64,000 bases of DNA from an uncultured delta proteobacterium (GTDB taxonomy: Bacteria; Desulfobacterota; Desulfobaccia; Desulfobaccales; 0-14-0-80-60-11): positions 1,184,001 to 1,248,000 of the forward strand of contig CAWETI010000002.1 of assembly GCA_963812015.1 (NCBI GenBank), given 5' to 3'. Numbering within the stretch: the stretch's first letter is position 1; each line of letters begins with the position of its first letter. The notes under the pieces were generated by a model. It was not told the DNA's origin. It saw only the letters and a list, made by a program, of their open reading frames with translations, and searched no databases. The position numbers and the translations under genes are program-made. Positions 1 to 13,130 of this stretch are shown one piece after another.

Positions 1-386
1 CTAATATTTTTATAAATAAAGCATTACTACAATGGCGCCATCATGACACAAGATGTTCCCTGAGCAATAAATTTGTAATTAGTCGTATAATTTATGCAAA
101 AAAACTTTTAGAAAAATATCAACATGATCCTTCAATAGAATTGAAATGCAAGAACGATTTATTAAATAGGTTCATAAACCCTATTTTCGCAGAATATAGC
201 AGATGGATAGCAAATAATGACAAAGAAAATGCTAAATTAATGTATGAGCATCTTTATGAATTATTTCAATATATGAATTATAGATCAATATTTAAAATTA
301 AGTATAGGTTATTTTTCTTAAAACACCGATTTATAAAAGCACTTTGCCGACCTTTTTATGAGGCATACCTTATTCTTTTCAGGTAA
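1..386 (+). CDS. 3' part of a probable glycosyltransferase (GT2-like), truncated by the window edge
   Basis: Frame is open from position 3 (NIFINKALLQWRHH..., resembling the GT2 'xIxEPLxxYRxH' segment); AT-rich; directly upstream of another glycosyltransferase. Confidence 0.5.
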   Translation, partial: NIFINKALLQWRHHDTRCSLSNKFVISRIIYAKKLLEKYQHDPSIELKCKNDLLNRFINPIFAEYSRWIANNDKENAKLMYEHLYELFQYMNYRSIFKIKYRLFFLKHRFIKALCRPFYEAYLILFR

Positions 387-595
387 CTTTCTTTTTTTCG
401 TAACTATATATACTAAAAACATTTTCCTTATTAAGGATAGCCTTGCCGAATACATCGTGGGTAGATATGAGTAGCTATAGCCCCAATGGATGTAAAATCT
501 ACTTTCGATGCAGTATCGGTTGCGCCAAAGATAAGAAATATAACCCTTATATATTCGCCCAGTGATTATTAGATAAACTCTAAGGACGCTTATCT

Positions 596-1882
596 ATGGC
601 ATTGGTCATAAAAGCATTGAAAGTATTCTTTATCGAAGGACCTATCGTCTTTCTAAAAAAATCTTTTAATTTTTGTCGAAGCTGGTTTTCTGGCCTGCCT
701 CCAGGCAACCTTAATCCAACCCTCCCTGATTTTATTGTAGACTATCTAAGCGAGGCCATTGGAAAGAACATAGATGAGAGGCTCAGACCAACCGACAAGA
801 GCAAGATAATTATTAATTGGATTATTCCCGAGGTAAGCATTGGTTCCGGGGGACATAACGTAATTTTTACGATGGTCAGGTTTTTGGAAAAGTTTGGCCA
901 TCATAACAGAATATACTTATTTGGGAAGTCAGAACATGGCTCAAGTGGTGAACTTAAGAACGTTATTGGCGATAATTTTTGTAAATTAGAGGCAGAGGTT
1001 TACAATAATATTGGTGATATCAAAGATAGCGATGTTTTAATTGCTACTTCTTGGCCAACTGCCTATCCGGTTAAATCCATTCAAAATACCAAGAGAAAGT
1101 TTTACTTTGTCCAAGACTTCGAGCCATGGTTTTATCCTATGGGCTCAGAATATAAAATGGCTGAGAATACTTATAAATTCGGGTTTTTCGCAATTTGTCT
1201 CGGCCCCTGGCTGGCGAAAACCATTACAGAAAACTATGGCATGGCTGCTGACTTTTTTAACTTAGCTTACGATCCTGAGATCTATCGGTCTCAACAGCTT
1301 TATCTACCTATTATTTTAGAAAACAGAGCTGGAGATAATTTCAAAACAACTATTGCTATCAACGATATTAAGAAGCCGAAAATTATTTGTTATGGTAGGC
1401 CGGTTACGCCCCGTCGCTGTTTTGAATTGATAGTTCACAGTCTTAAAGAACTTCATAAAAGAGGACTTGATTTTGATTTAAGTTTTTTTGGATGGGATCT
1501 GGCGCCATATTCCATGCCTTTTAAATTTCGCAATTTAAGAATTTTAGCTCCTGAGGATTTGGCGAAGCTTTACAATTGGGCTGATTTAGGAGTGGTCTTT
1601 TCCCCCACCAATTGTTCACTTTTGCCCCACGAAATGATGGCTTGCAAGCTGCCGGTCTTGGAGCTGAAAGGGCCGACTACTGAAGCAATTTTTAAAGATG
1701 GATACAATATCACTTTGGCGGAACCCAATCCGATCTCCATCGCTGATAACATTGATTATTTATTACGAAATCCTGACAAAAGGCGGGAGATAGCGGAGAA
1801 TGCTTACGAATATGTGAGACAGTTTTCTTGGGAAAAGTCTGCTAAGAAAGTTGAAGCAATTTTAAAAAAGGAGTTAACTTGA
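596..1882 (+). CDS. Glycosyltransferase family 4, WsaF-like (rhamnosyltransferase-type)
   Basis: GSGGH loop, ATSWPTAY, YFVQDFEPWFYP..EY..AENTY, RPxTPRR and SLLPHEMMAC GT-B motifs; AT-rich. Confidence 0.8.
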   Translation: MALVIKALKVFFIEGPIVFLKKSFNFCRSWFSGLPPGNLNPTLPDFIVDYLSEAIGKNIDERLRPTDKSKIIINWIIPEVSIGSGGHNVIFTMVRFLEKFGHHNRIYLFGKSEHGSSGELKNVIGDNFCKLEAEVYNNIGDIKDSDVLIATSWPTAYPVKSIQNTKRKFYFVQDFEPWFYPMGSEYKMAENTYKFGFFAICLGPWLAKTITENYGMAADFFNLAYDPEIYRSQQLYLPIILENRAGDNFKTTIAINDIKKPKIICYGRPVTPRRCFELIVHSLKELHKRGLDFDLSFFGWDLAPYSMPFKFRNLRILAPEDLAKLYNWADLGVVFSPTNCSLLPHEMMACKLPVLELKGPTTEAIFKDGYNITLAEPNPISIADNIDYLLRNPDKRREIAENAYEYVRQFSWEKSAKKVEAILKKELT

Positions 1883-2149
1883 GTTTTAGAAGAAGCGCAA
1901 ATCTCCTTGGCTCACTTGAACCAAGAGGCAGATTCTATAAGTGAAGATCACTGCTATGATTAGAAACTTATCAAGCTGTTGAAAATTCAAGGTCTCCACA
2001 TCATATCAAACCTTTTTGGCCAAGAGATTTGCTTGGGTTCTCTCTCTGCCCTCTTGCCTTATTCTGCCCCAGACTCCGGACAATTTTCCCCCGCATAAAT
2101 CTTCCAGTTGCGATATACGGTGTGGTTTGCCCTTTCTCCCAACGCCTCT

Positions 2150-3445
2150 TCAAAAAATCCAGTTGGCATGCCGGGAGGTTACGTCCTTGAGGAAATCCCA
2201 AATCCATTCAGCCACTGCGGGCGACAGATAAAAATGTGGCCATAAGAGATTGTCCCCGGGGGTAATCACCCCCTCCGCCAGCGCCTGGTCATAGAGCGCC
2301 GTGTGGGGATAAATCCGGATACCTATGGTCAGGTTCACTATAAAGGGGTTGTAGCGTTCCAGCAGTTCGACGCTTTCCTGCACGGTGGCCGGCGTCTCCC
2401 CCGGCCCCCCCATCATCAGAAAGCAGTTGTAACTCAAACCGGCCCGCTGGAGGAGTTGGAAAGTCTCTTCCACTTGGCGCCGGCTAAAGCCCTTCCCCAG
2501 ATTGGTTAACACCAGGTCGGAGCCGCTTTCGTTCCCCACCTGCACCCGTTCACACCCCGCCTCCCGGATCAGGTGAAACAGTTCTTCATCCGGGTAGGCC
2601 GGATTGATCAGGCAGTTCCACTCCAGGGGCAGGTGCAGTTGTTGGATGGCCCGGCACAGGCGGCGGGCATACTCCAGAGGGTGATTAAAGACATTGTCGA
2701 CGAAATAAAACCGTCGTAGGCCCCACCGATGATAGCCGGTGGCCATGAACGCGGCCACCTGCTCGGGGGAACGAGTGCGCACCTGCGTGCCTTCCAGGCG
2801 GGCCGTGGTGCAATACCGGCAGCGCCGGGGACAGCCGCGGCGGCTCTGGATGGTGATCACCCCCGGCAGCTTGGCGCTGCCAACGGCTTCATGGTATTGT
2901 TGGGGGGTGAAATATTCCAGGGCCGGATCCGGCAATGCGTCTAGATTCCTTATTGGTTGTGAGGGATTTTCCTGCCAGCGCCCCTGCGCCTGCCAGACCA
3001 ACCCCGGAATTGTGGTCCACGCGCCCATGGGATAGGATTCCACCAGGGCCCGGAAGCTGAGTTCACCCTCCCCCACAATACCCATATCGGCCTTGAGGTA
3101 ATCCAGCAACTCTTTTGGGTAGATGCTGAAGGCACTGCCACCCAGCACCAGGGGAGCCTCCGTGTGGATTCGGAGCCACCGGCTAAACGCTTGGGCCTCG
3201 GGAAAGAAAAATTCTGGGAAACAGCTATCCTGGTTGTCAATATTGCGCAGTGATAGGGCGATGAGCTCCGGCTGGAATTCTTCCAGGACGTCCAGAACTT
3301 TTTGCCGAGTGTCGGGTTCAAACATGAAGTCTATGACTCTGAAAGGATGTCCTGGCCCCAGAGAGGCCACGAGCGAAGCCAAGCCCAGGGGAAAGGGCGG
3401 CATGAGGAGGCGTGAGCTGTTAAAAGAAATACATAACACTCGCAC
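2150..3445 (-). CDS. Cobalamin-binding radical SAM protein
   Basis: N-terminal B12-binding region (PPFPLGLASL...GGSAFS...GEGE) and CxxxCxxC motif RGCPRRCRYC. Confidence 0.88.
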   Translation of the reverse strand: MRVLCISFNSSRLLMPPFPLGLASLVASLGPGHPFRVIDFMFEPDTRQKVLDVLEEFQPELIALSLRNIDNQDSCFPEFFFPEAQAFSRWLRIHTEAPLVLGGSAFSIYPKELLDYLKADMGIVGEGELSFRALVESYPMGAWTTIPGLVWQAQGRWQENPSQPIRNLDALPDPALEYFTPQQYHEAVGSAKLPGVITIQSRRGCPRRCRYCTTARLEGTQVRTRSPEQVAAFMATGYHRWGLRRFYFVDNVFNHPLEYARRLCRAIQQLHLPLEWNCLINPAYPDEELFHLIREAGCERVQVGNESGSDLVLTNLGKGFSRRQVEETFQLLQRAGLSYNCFLMMGGPGETPATVQESVELLERYNPFIVNLTIGIRIYPHTALYDQALAEGVITPGDNLLWPHFYLSPAVAEWIWDFLKDVTSRHANWIF

Positions 3446-3943
3446 GAGCAGGTCTCCTGTTTAAATGAGGGTGGGAGTTAATTGTTCCCTACCGTTCTTG
3501 TTTTACTATAATATTCTCTGTTCGTGGAATCTCTTCCTCTCCGGAGCCCCTTTTCGATATGCAGATCATATCCGTCACCTCTCGGGCTTTGGGTATACCT
3601 GTCGATCCTGGCAAGATATTTGGAGGAGCCTGGTGGTCGGTAGAGCCGACGAATAGAGGGGTATCGACTTCCAGGATGTACGGCTCTTCCATGGACCCTG
3701 ACCATTGACTTCGCTTGCCGACTATGGGATATTGCTAACGAAGAATCAGCCCTATTGCCAAAGGGTCGCCATGATTTGAGGGTTCTGCGCGGATAGCCGA
3801 GTCGCCTGGATAAAGGTCTCTCGGCTTTTTCTTTCCATCAACTGAATATACTGGATCCCGCCGTACGATTTTAGGAAATCATCAATGCCAAGCAAGTTGC
3901 AAGGCGCCTTGCCGGATATGAACTGCAAGTCAGGGCCTCCGGG

Positions 3944-5842
3944 TTGCAAAGCGTGAGAAAAAAATTTCTTTACGGCATCTTGCTGGTGGTCCTTTTAGGG
4001 ATAGGGACCGAGGTGGCAATCCGGGGGGAGTGGCTATGGTCGGCGGAGGACTGGTATTATGACCTCTGGCATCAATTGGCCGGCCGGCGATATGAGCCCC
4101 AGCATGTGGTCATCGCGGCTATTGATGACCAGACCCGGCTGGAGCACCAGGACGAGCCCCTGGTGTTCTGGAGCCCCCACTTTGCTCGAGCGATCGCAGT
4201 GTTGCGACAGGTGGGGGCCAAGGTTATCGGCCTGGATTTTCTCTTTTCCGTCAGCGCTGAATCTTGGCTGAAAAGATTGAAATTGCCGGAAAGCGACCAG
4301 AGCCGCACCTACGACCTGCCTTTCAGGGCACAACTGGCCGCCGGCAAGACCATACTGGCGGCAGAAAAGATTGCAGAGACGCAGGGCAAGGCTAAAATCC
4401 TCCTGCCTCTCCCTGATTATTGGGGCTCACTGCCGGAACAACTGGAGGACGTGGGGTTAGTCAATTTCTTCCATGACCCTGATGGGGTGATCCGCCGGTT
4501 TCTAACCGCCATCCCCACGGATGCAGGCGAGAGCTGGGTCACTTTTGCCGCTCTCCTGGCGGAGCGGGCGGCGCCCGGGGACAGCGCCCGCATCTGTCCG
4601 CCCCTTTCACGCATCGGGTTTAGCGGCCCCCCCGGCACTGTCCCCCGGGTCTCTTTCCGGCGTTTGCTCAGTCCCGGGGCGGAATCTGATCCCCAAATCC
4701 AGGGCCTCAAGGATAAAATTATCATCATTGCCTATGAACCGACGGGAGTTCAAGACATTCATCAGACCCCGTATAGCCGCGGGTTTATGAATTTATCGGC
4801 TCGCTTTATGAGCGGCCCGGAAGTCCACGCCAACATCGCAGAGACCCTCCTGACGGGAAGGTTTCCCCGGCCGGTTTCCACCCCCGGGCGCCTGCTTTAC
4901 CTGATTATAGGTCTGAGTGTGGGGACCGCGGCGTTCTACAAACTTTCTCCCCGTCAGGGGTTGGCGGCCCTGGGTCTGCTGGCAGTTATGGTGGCGGTCT
5001 TCGCCTACCTGTGGTTTCGCAGCTACTGGCTGATGCCCGTTGCCGCTCCCCAACTGGGCCTATTGATAAGTTACCTGGGGGTCCTGGGCCTGAGGCTCAT
5101 GGGGGAAGAACGGGAGCGCACCCGAATCCGGCAGATCTTTGGGCGTTACATCTCCGATGAAGTGGTGGAGAAGCTTCTGACTTCCGGCAAACAACCCAAT
5201 CTCGGAGGGGAGGCGGTGACGGTGACGGTCCTGTTTTCCGACATCCGGAATTTCACGCCGATGTCGGAATCACTGGCCCCCCAGGAAGTGGTGGAGCTGC
5301 TCAATAGCTACTTCAGCCGGGCCTGTGAGCCGATCCTGGAGCAGGGCGGGACAGTGGATAAGTTCATCGGCGATGCGATCATGGCGGTGTTCGGTTCGCC
5401 GGCTCCCCACCCCGACCATGCCCGGCGGGCGATTACTGCGGCCCTGGCCATGGCCGCCGGGGCCTCGGACTTCCGGGCCTGGATAGCCGGGCGTTTTCCC
5501 GACCGGGACTGGCAGGATTTCCAGATCGGTATCGGACTCCATACGGGCGAGGTGGTGGTGGGCAATGTCGGCTCGCCCAAACGCTTCGAATTCACCGCCA
5601 TCGGGGATACCGTCAACATAGCGTCGCGGCTGGAGAGCCTGACCAAAGAGTTAGGCTGGACCATTGTGGCCAGCGCGGATACGATAAAGGCGGCGGGGCC
5701 GGGGGTGGCGACGGGCGGAAGGAAGAAAGTTCGGGTCAAGGGCCGCCAGGAACCGGTGGAGGTCCAGGAGGTGAAAGGTCTAAAGCAAGATAACCTGAGG
5801 AGCATTCCTGACGGAGGGAGCGGTAATGAAGGCCAAACCTAG
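3944..5842 (+). CDS. CHASE2-domain membrane adenylate cyclase (class III)
   Basis: N-terminal TM, CHASE2 motifs (IDD, W.R-like, IGLDFLF, DPDGVIRR, MSGPEVHAN), three TMs, cyclase motifs LFSDIRNFT, DKFIGDA, FTAIGDTVNIASRLE; start may be GTG 3953. Confidence 0.92.
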   Translation: MQSVRKKFLYGILLVVLLGIGTEVAIRGEWLWSAEDWYYDLWHQLAGRRYEPQHVVIAAIDDQTRLEHQDEPLVFWSPHFARAIAVLRQVGAKVIGLDFLFSVSAESWLKRLKLPESDQSRTYDLPFRAQLAAGKTILAAEKIAETQGKAKILLPLPDYWGSLPEQLEDVGLVNFFHDPDGVIRRFLTAIPTDAGESWVTFAALLAERAAPGDSARICPPLSRIGFSGPPGTVPRVSFRRLLSPGAESDPQIQGLKDKIIIIAYEPTGVQDIHQTPYSRGFMNLSARFMSGPEVHANIAETLLTGRFPRPVSTPGRLLYLIIGLSVGTAAFYKLSPRQGLAALGLLAVMVAVFAYLWFRSYWLMPVAAPQLGLLISYLGVLGLRLMGEERERTRIRQIFGRYISDEVVEKLLTSGKQPNLGGEAVTVTVLFSDIRNFTPMSESLAPQEVVELLNSYFSRACEPILEQGGTVDKFIGDAIMAVFGSPAPHPDHARRAITAALAMAAGASDFRAWIAGRFPDRDWQDFQIGIGLHTGEVVVGNVGSPKRFEFTAIGDTVNIASRLESLTKELGWTIVASADTIKAAGPGVATGGRKKVRVKGRQEPVEVQEVKGLKQDNLRSIPDGGSGNEGQT

Positions 5843-6557
5843 CATGAAGCACGCCGGTTTCTTTTGCCTGGCGGGGTTCATTGCCTTTCTGACGGCAACC
5901 GTGGCGGCCCAAACATCCTTGCCGGATGTGGGGCTGATCACCAAACTAACAGGTGAAGCCACCTACTGGAATAAAGGCGATAACAAAGAGCCGACCAAGG
6001 TGCAAGCCTTTATGAAGGTCCGCCAAGGTGACCACCTCAAGCTTCCGGCGGCTGCCTCGCTGACACTTCTCTACTTTGCCAGCGGCCGGCAAGAGACCTG
6101 GAAAGGACCGGCAACTTTAATGGCCGGGGACCAAGAGAGCAGGGTTTTGGGCGGCAAGCAGCCGGCACCCCAGCCGGAGGTGAAGATCTTCCCGGCCAAA
6201 GCCACCAAACAGATGGTAGGGGCGCCGCTGCCTTTGTCCTCTGCCAGTATGAGCAAATCAGGAGTCATTCAGACCATGGGGTCCAGATGCGAGACGGCGC
6301 CCAAGACCGCGGCGCCGCTCTCCAGTGAGGCTCAGAGAGAAATCAAGGAAGCCGAGAAGGTCTACCGAGGGTTAAAGAAAACCGCGGCAGCCGATGATGT
6401 CACTCCGGAACTGTATTTCTTGGGCGTACTGGCCGAATATAACCAGTATCCGGAAATGGCTAAGATGGTGGACGCCATGCTGCAAAAAAGGCCGGGAGAT
6501 GCGGGCCTGAAGGATTTGAAGGCCTGGGTCCGTTCCCAAGCCGCAGCGACGAAATAA
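5826..6557 (+). CDS. Secreted hypothetical protein (beta-rich N-terminus, helical C-terminus), partner of the CHASE2/CHAT genes
   Basis: GGAGGGAG RBS, overlaps the cyclase stop, signal-peptide-like segment ending ATVAA. Confidence 0.8.
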   Translation: MKAKPSMKHAGFFCLAGFIAFLTATVAAQTSLPDVGLITKLTGEATYWNKGDNKEPTKVQAFMKVRQGDHLKLPAAASLTLLYFASGRQETWKGPATLMAGDQESRVLGGKQPAPQPEVKIFPAKATKQMVGAPLPLSSASMSKSGVIQTMGSRCETAPKTAAPLSSEAQREIKEAEKVYRGLKKTAAADDVTPELYFLGVLAEYNQYPEMAKMVDAMLQKRPGDAGLKDLKAWVRSQAAATK

Positions 6558-6597
6558 TAACCGCGAGTTGAAAACCAGTAGGGTCAGGGAGGATAAG

Positions 6598-9245
6598 ATG
6601 CACCGACTTATCTCCATCTGCCTTTGCCTCATGTTTCTTGGTTTATCGGGAACTCATGGCTATGCTGCGAAAATGGATCCCCAGGCCACTCCCGACGAAG
6701 AAATGCTGGTTGCCGGCCAGAAGCCGGAAGTTGCCAAAATCAAGGAATTAATGAATGTGGCCAGGACCGATGAGGCTGAGGGTTTTAACATTTCGGCCCT
6801 GAAATCGTACCAGGCGGCCCTGCAGCTCAGCGAGCAGGCCTTGGGGCCGAATACCCTCTGACCGCCGCCTGTATGGCTCAGGTGGCGAGGTTAGATACGC
6901 TCTTTGGTTTCTTTGACAGGGCCTTGCCACTGGCCCAAAGGTCTTTAAAGATCATGGAACAGACCCTGGGGCCGGAGCACCCGCAAACCGCCCAAAGCCT
7001 GATGATCCTGGGGTTCCTTTATGGGCAGATGGGGTCACAGGACAAGGCCGTCCAGATGACCCAGCGAGGTCTGCACATCAGTGAAAAGACGGCGGGGCAG
7101 GAAAATCTGCTCACCGCTGCCGCCCTGAACAATCTGGCGGTGCTTTATTCCCAAATGGGTTCTTATGACCAGGCCTTACCTCTGGCCCAACGTGCCGTGC
7201 AAATCAGAGAAAAGGTGTTGGGCCTGGAAGACATCAAGACCGCCGCCAGCCTCACCAACCTGGGATTTCTCTACCTGGCCAAGAAAGATTATAGCCAGGC
7301 GGAGTCTTGTTTTCGCCGGGTCCAAGGTCAACAAGGCGATAGGGGGATGGTGGAGCTATACCTGGCCACCGGGCAGTACGAAGCAGCTCTGGACACCTTA
7401 ACTCGCCCCCAAACCACTGTCGGCGGTGCTTTTAAGGCATGGAGTAGCCCCCAACGCCAGGCGCTGTATTACACTCAGAAGGGATTGGCGCTTAAGGGGT
7501 TAGGAAAAAGGGAAGAAGCCTGTGCCGCCTTCCTGGAGGCCATCGAAAATATCGAAGGACTGCGTGGCCGCACCCCAGGAGAACGCACCAGCTTCTTCGA
7601 GTCCGGGCTTCTCGGCGGCTATTTCCGAGCCTATCGAGGTATGGTTGTGGTGCTGGTGGAAATGGCTCAGAAAGGCGAGCCTGCTCCGGCAGGCTTGCAG
7701 AACTATGGACCGGATCCAGCAGCAGCGGCCTTCTATTTTTCCGAGGCCATCAAGGCCCGATCACTGCTGGAGGCGATGGCAGCCGGGGCGGTGCGGGTGG
7801 CCCCCCAATTACCCGCGGATTTAGCAGCAAGGGAAAAGAGCTTTCAGGAGCGCGTGGCGGCCTTGGAAGCCCAGAGAATGGAACGCGTGACGACCACGGG
7901 AAAACTCGGTTACGGATGGGATCGGGCTGACCTGCGCGCCCAGCAATTCCAGCTCCAAAGGGAAGCCTTGCAAAGGGAACTGGATGCGTTCGTGACGGAG
8001 CTGCGCCGCCGGGATCCCCGCTATGCCGCCCTGGCCTATCCCCAACCGTATAAGGCCCAGGAGCTGCCCCTGAAGCCTGGAGAGGTCATACTGGAATATG
8101 CCCTGGGGGAGAAGGAGAGCTATATCTTCCGGGTGGAGCCCGGCGGCAAGACCCAGGTCTTCCGCCTGGCCCTGGGCCAAGAGGCCCTGGAGAAGCGCCT
8201 GGGGGCCATGCTGGCGCCCTTTCGCAAGAGCGTCTTGAGGCGGGAGGATTTGTCTCGCTTTTCGGTAAGCGACGCCTCCTCCTTATATCAAGAGATCTTG
8301 GCTCCGGCGCTGTCCGGGGTGAATCCCGGGACCCGGCTGATCATCGTGCCGGATGGCGCCCTGGGGGCCTTCCCCTTCGAGGCGCTGGTGGTTAAGGCAG
8401 GATTGGATTGGGGTAAGTGCACTTCAGTGGGGGACAGTTGGCCGGTAACCTATTCTCAATCCGCCGCCATCCTGGTCCTGAACCGCCAGCTGGGGGCGTC
8501 CCACGCGGCTCAAGCTCTCTTTGCCCTGGGGGACTGCATCTATGAGAAGGGGAGCAGCCGCTATCTGGCCTATAAAGCCGGTCAGGGTCATGCCGGGGAT
8601 CTCATGCATGCAGGACCGGAAAAGGCCATGACCATGGCGGCCACCGACAAGGGCTGGGGCCGCCTGGAGTTTCCGCCCCTGCCGGAGACCCGCCAGACCG
8701 TGTTGGATCTGGCGGCCCTCTTCCAGGAAAAGCCCCAACTGCCCCAGGTACTCTTGGATGTCAACGCCACCGAAACCAAAGTGCGCCAGACCCCTTTAAA
8801 TCAATACCGCTATCTCTTTTTCGGCACCCACGGGTTTTTGGCGGACACATTGGCGGCAGTGAAGGAGCCCACCCTGGTGCTGACCCAGGTGGAGAACAAG
8901 CCTCCCGATGACGGCTTCCTGACCTTCAGCAAGGTGCTGCAACTCAAGCTGGACGCCGACCTGGTCACCCTGGCCGCCTGTATGACCGGGGTAGGCCAGG
9001 TGATGCAGGGGGAGGGGGTTCTCAACTTCGCCCGGGCCTTCCAGCAGGCGGGAGCCCGCAGCGTCATGGTGTCCCTGTGGAATATCCCGGTGGACGAGTC
9101 CATGAAGTTTTACGCGACTTTTTATAAAGCATTGAAGGAGGGGAAATCCAAGACCGAGTCTTTAAAGGCGGCCCGCCAGGCGGTGCGAACTAAAGAACCG
9201 CATCCCTACTTCTGGTCTGGCTTGATCCTGCATGGAGAGGGATGA
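6598..9245 (+). pseudogene. Secreted TPR + CHAT (caspase-like) protease, split by a 1-nt frameshift near 6850 (real lesion or assembly error)
   Basis: RBS and signal peptide at 6598; TPR repeats (LGPEHPQTA, LNNLAVLY); CHAT motifs IIVPDGAL, FGTHG, LVTLAAC, HPYFWSG; ORFs 6568-6861 and 6873-9245 join as LGP(E)YPLTAACMAQ if one base is restored. Confidence 0.85.
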
Positions 9246-9834
9246 ATTCCATGTAACTGCTATCTAGGCGCGGTTTCAATCCAAAATATAAGTACTTGAT
9301 ATGGTTGTCATAGCTGTATCTTAGACTATGCCGGCATCATAGTTTCCAGGGCTTTAGGTCAGGCCTGATCAGGTCTTGGACGATTGCCGGGTGAGTTTCC
9401 TCAAATTCGAGCTTGTTTATCACAACTAGTCCCTGGGCGGCCGGTTCCCGGCCTTCCCCCCCGCGCCTGAAGACCTGGCCACTCCTGCGAAAGACCCCCC
9501 CCGGCGTGAACCGCCAAGCAAAGCTGAAAAATGGCCGGATTAACCTGATGGCTTGCGGATGTCGATAGATAATCATGGGGCGCTGAGTCGCCGGGCTCCG
9601 GGGCTGAGCCTGGTTGAGGCCGTGGGGTGGTAATCCGGGAAAAGGCTGTCCCGTCGGGGGTGGGCCAGGGATAATGTAAACTATGTCTTACCCTCAAGGA
9701 GAATAATTATGGCACCGGGCGATGAAATCGGGTAAACTTACCTATTGTGGCACAAGGTTTTCGTTTGGCAGTTTACTGCTTTACCCGGCGGTACCGCATG
9801 TCCTGGTTTAGCCTGCCGCAGCAAGGAAAGATAC

Positions 9835-10098
9835 ATGTCCAAAATAAAAGAGCGTCCCGAGCTGGGACTGAAATTAGCCATCACCGTAATCCCCTCCAAA
9901 TACCTGGATTGGACCCTGGCCGATATCGCCAGCCATTTCGGCAACGGCCCGCTGTTGTGGCCGGGGGGGGCCGGACGGGGCCAGGGGATCAAATTTGTTC
10001 CCTATGAACTCAAGAAAAAACGGGGTCGCAAACCCAAGCTGAAATTGCCCACGGCCCGGCAGCCCGAAGCCGACCCGGCCCGCAAAACCACAACCTGA
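9835..10098 (+). CDS. Small basic hypothetical protein (87 aa)
   Basis: AAGGAAAG RBS before ATG 9835, host-like codon usage, KKKRGRKPK tail, 34 nt upstream of uvrA. Confidence 0.6.
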   Translation: MSKIKERPELGLKLAITVIPSKYLDWTLADIASHFGNGPLLWPGGAGRGQGIKFVPYELKKKRGRKPKLKLPTARQPEADPARKTTT

Positions 10099-10132
10099 TT
10101 ATCTCTGTCCGGTTGTCCGACCATAATGAGCG

Positions 10133-12985
<2,853 letters not shown>

Positions 12986-13096
12986 AGCCCCGGCCCTTTC
13001 CCTTACAAAAGACTCCCGCAACCCCCAATCTCTGATGGATGGTCAAGCTGTGGGGTGCGTACCGCGCGCCCAGGTTCATGCCCTCGGAAAAATAAA

Positions 13097-13125
13097 TTGC
13101 AACGAGTAACGATAATCGTTACATT
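13097..13125 (+). promoter_or_regulatory. sigma70 promoter of higBA with an overlapping palindromic operator
   Basis: TTGCAA-17 nt-TACATT; perfect inverted repeat GTAACGAT-A-ATCGTTAC at 13106-13122. Confidence 0.7.
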
Positions 13126-13130
13126 AGAAT

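Noticed and set aside
3478..3949. Short ORFs between the radical SAM and cyclase genes
   Set aside because: No recognisable domain or RBS; may be a decayed fragment but cannot be supported.
9337..9736. 79-aa minus-strand ORF and an 8-codon plus-strand ORF after AAGGAG (~9709)
   Set aside because: Plausible but without motif or conservation evidence.
9748..9763. TGGCACAAGGTTTTCG as a sigma54 promoter
   Set aside because: Good -24 element, but the -12 GC is replaced by TC.
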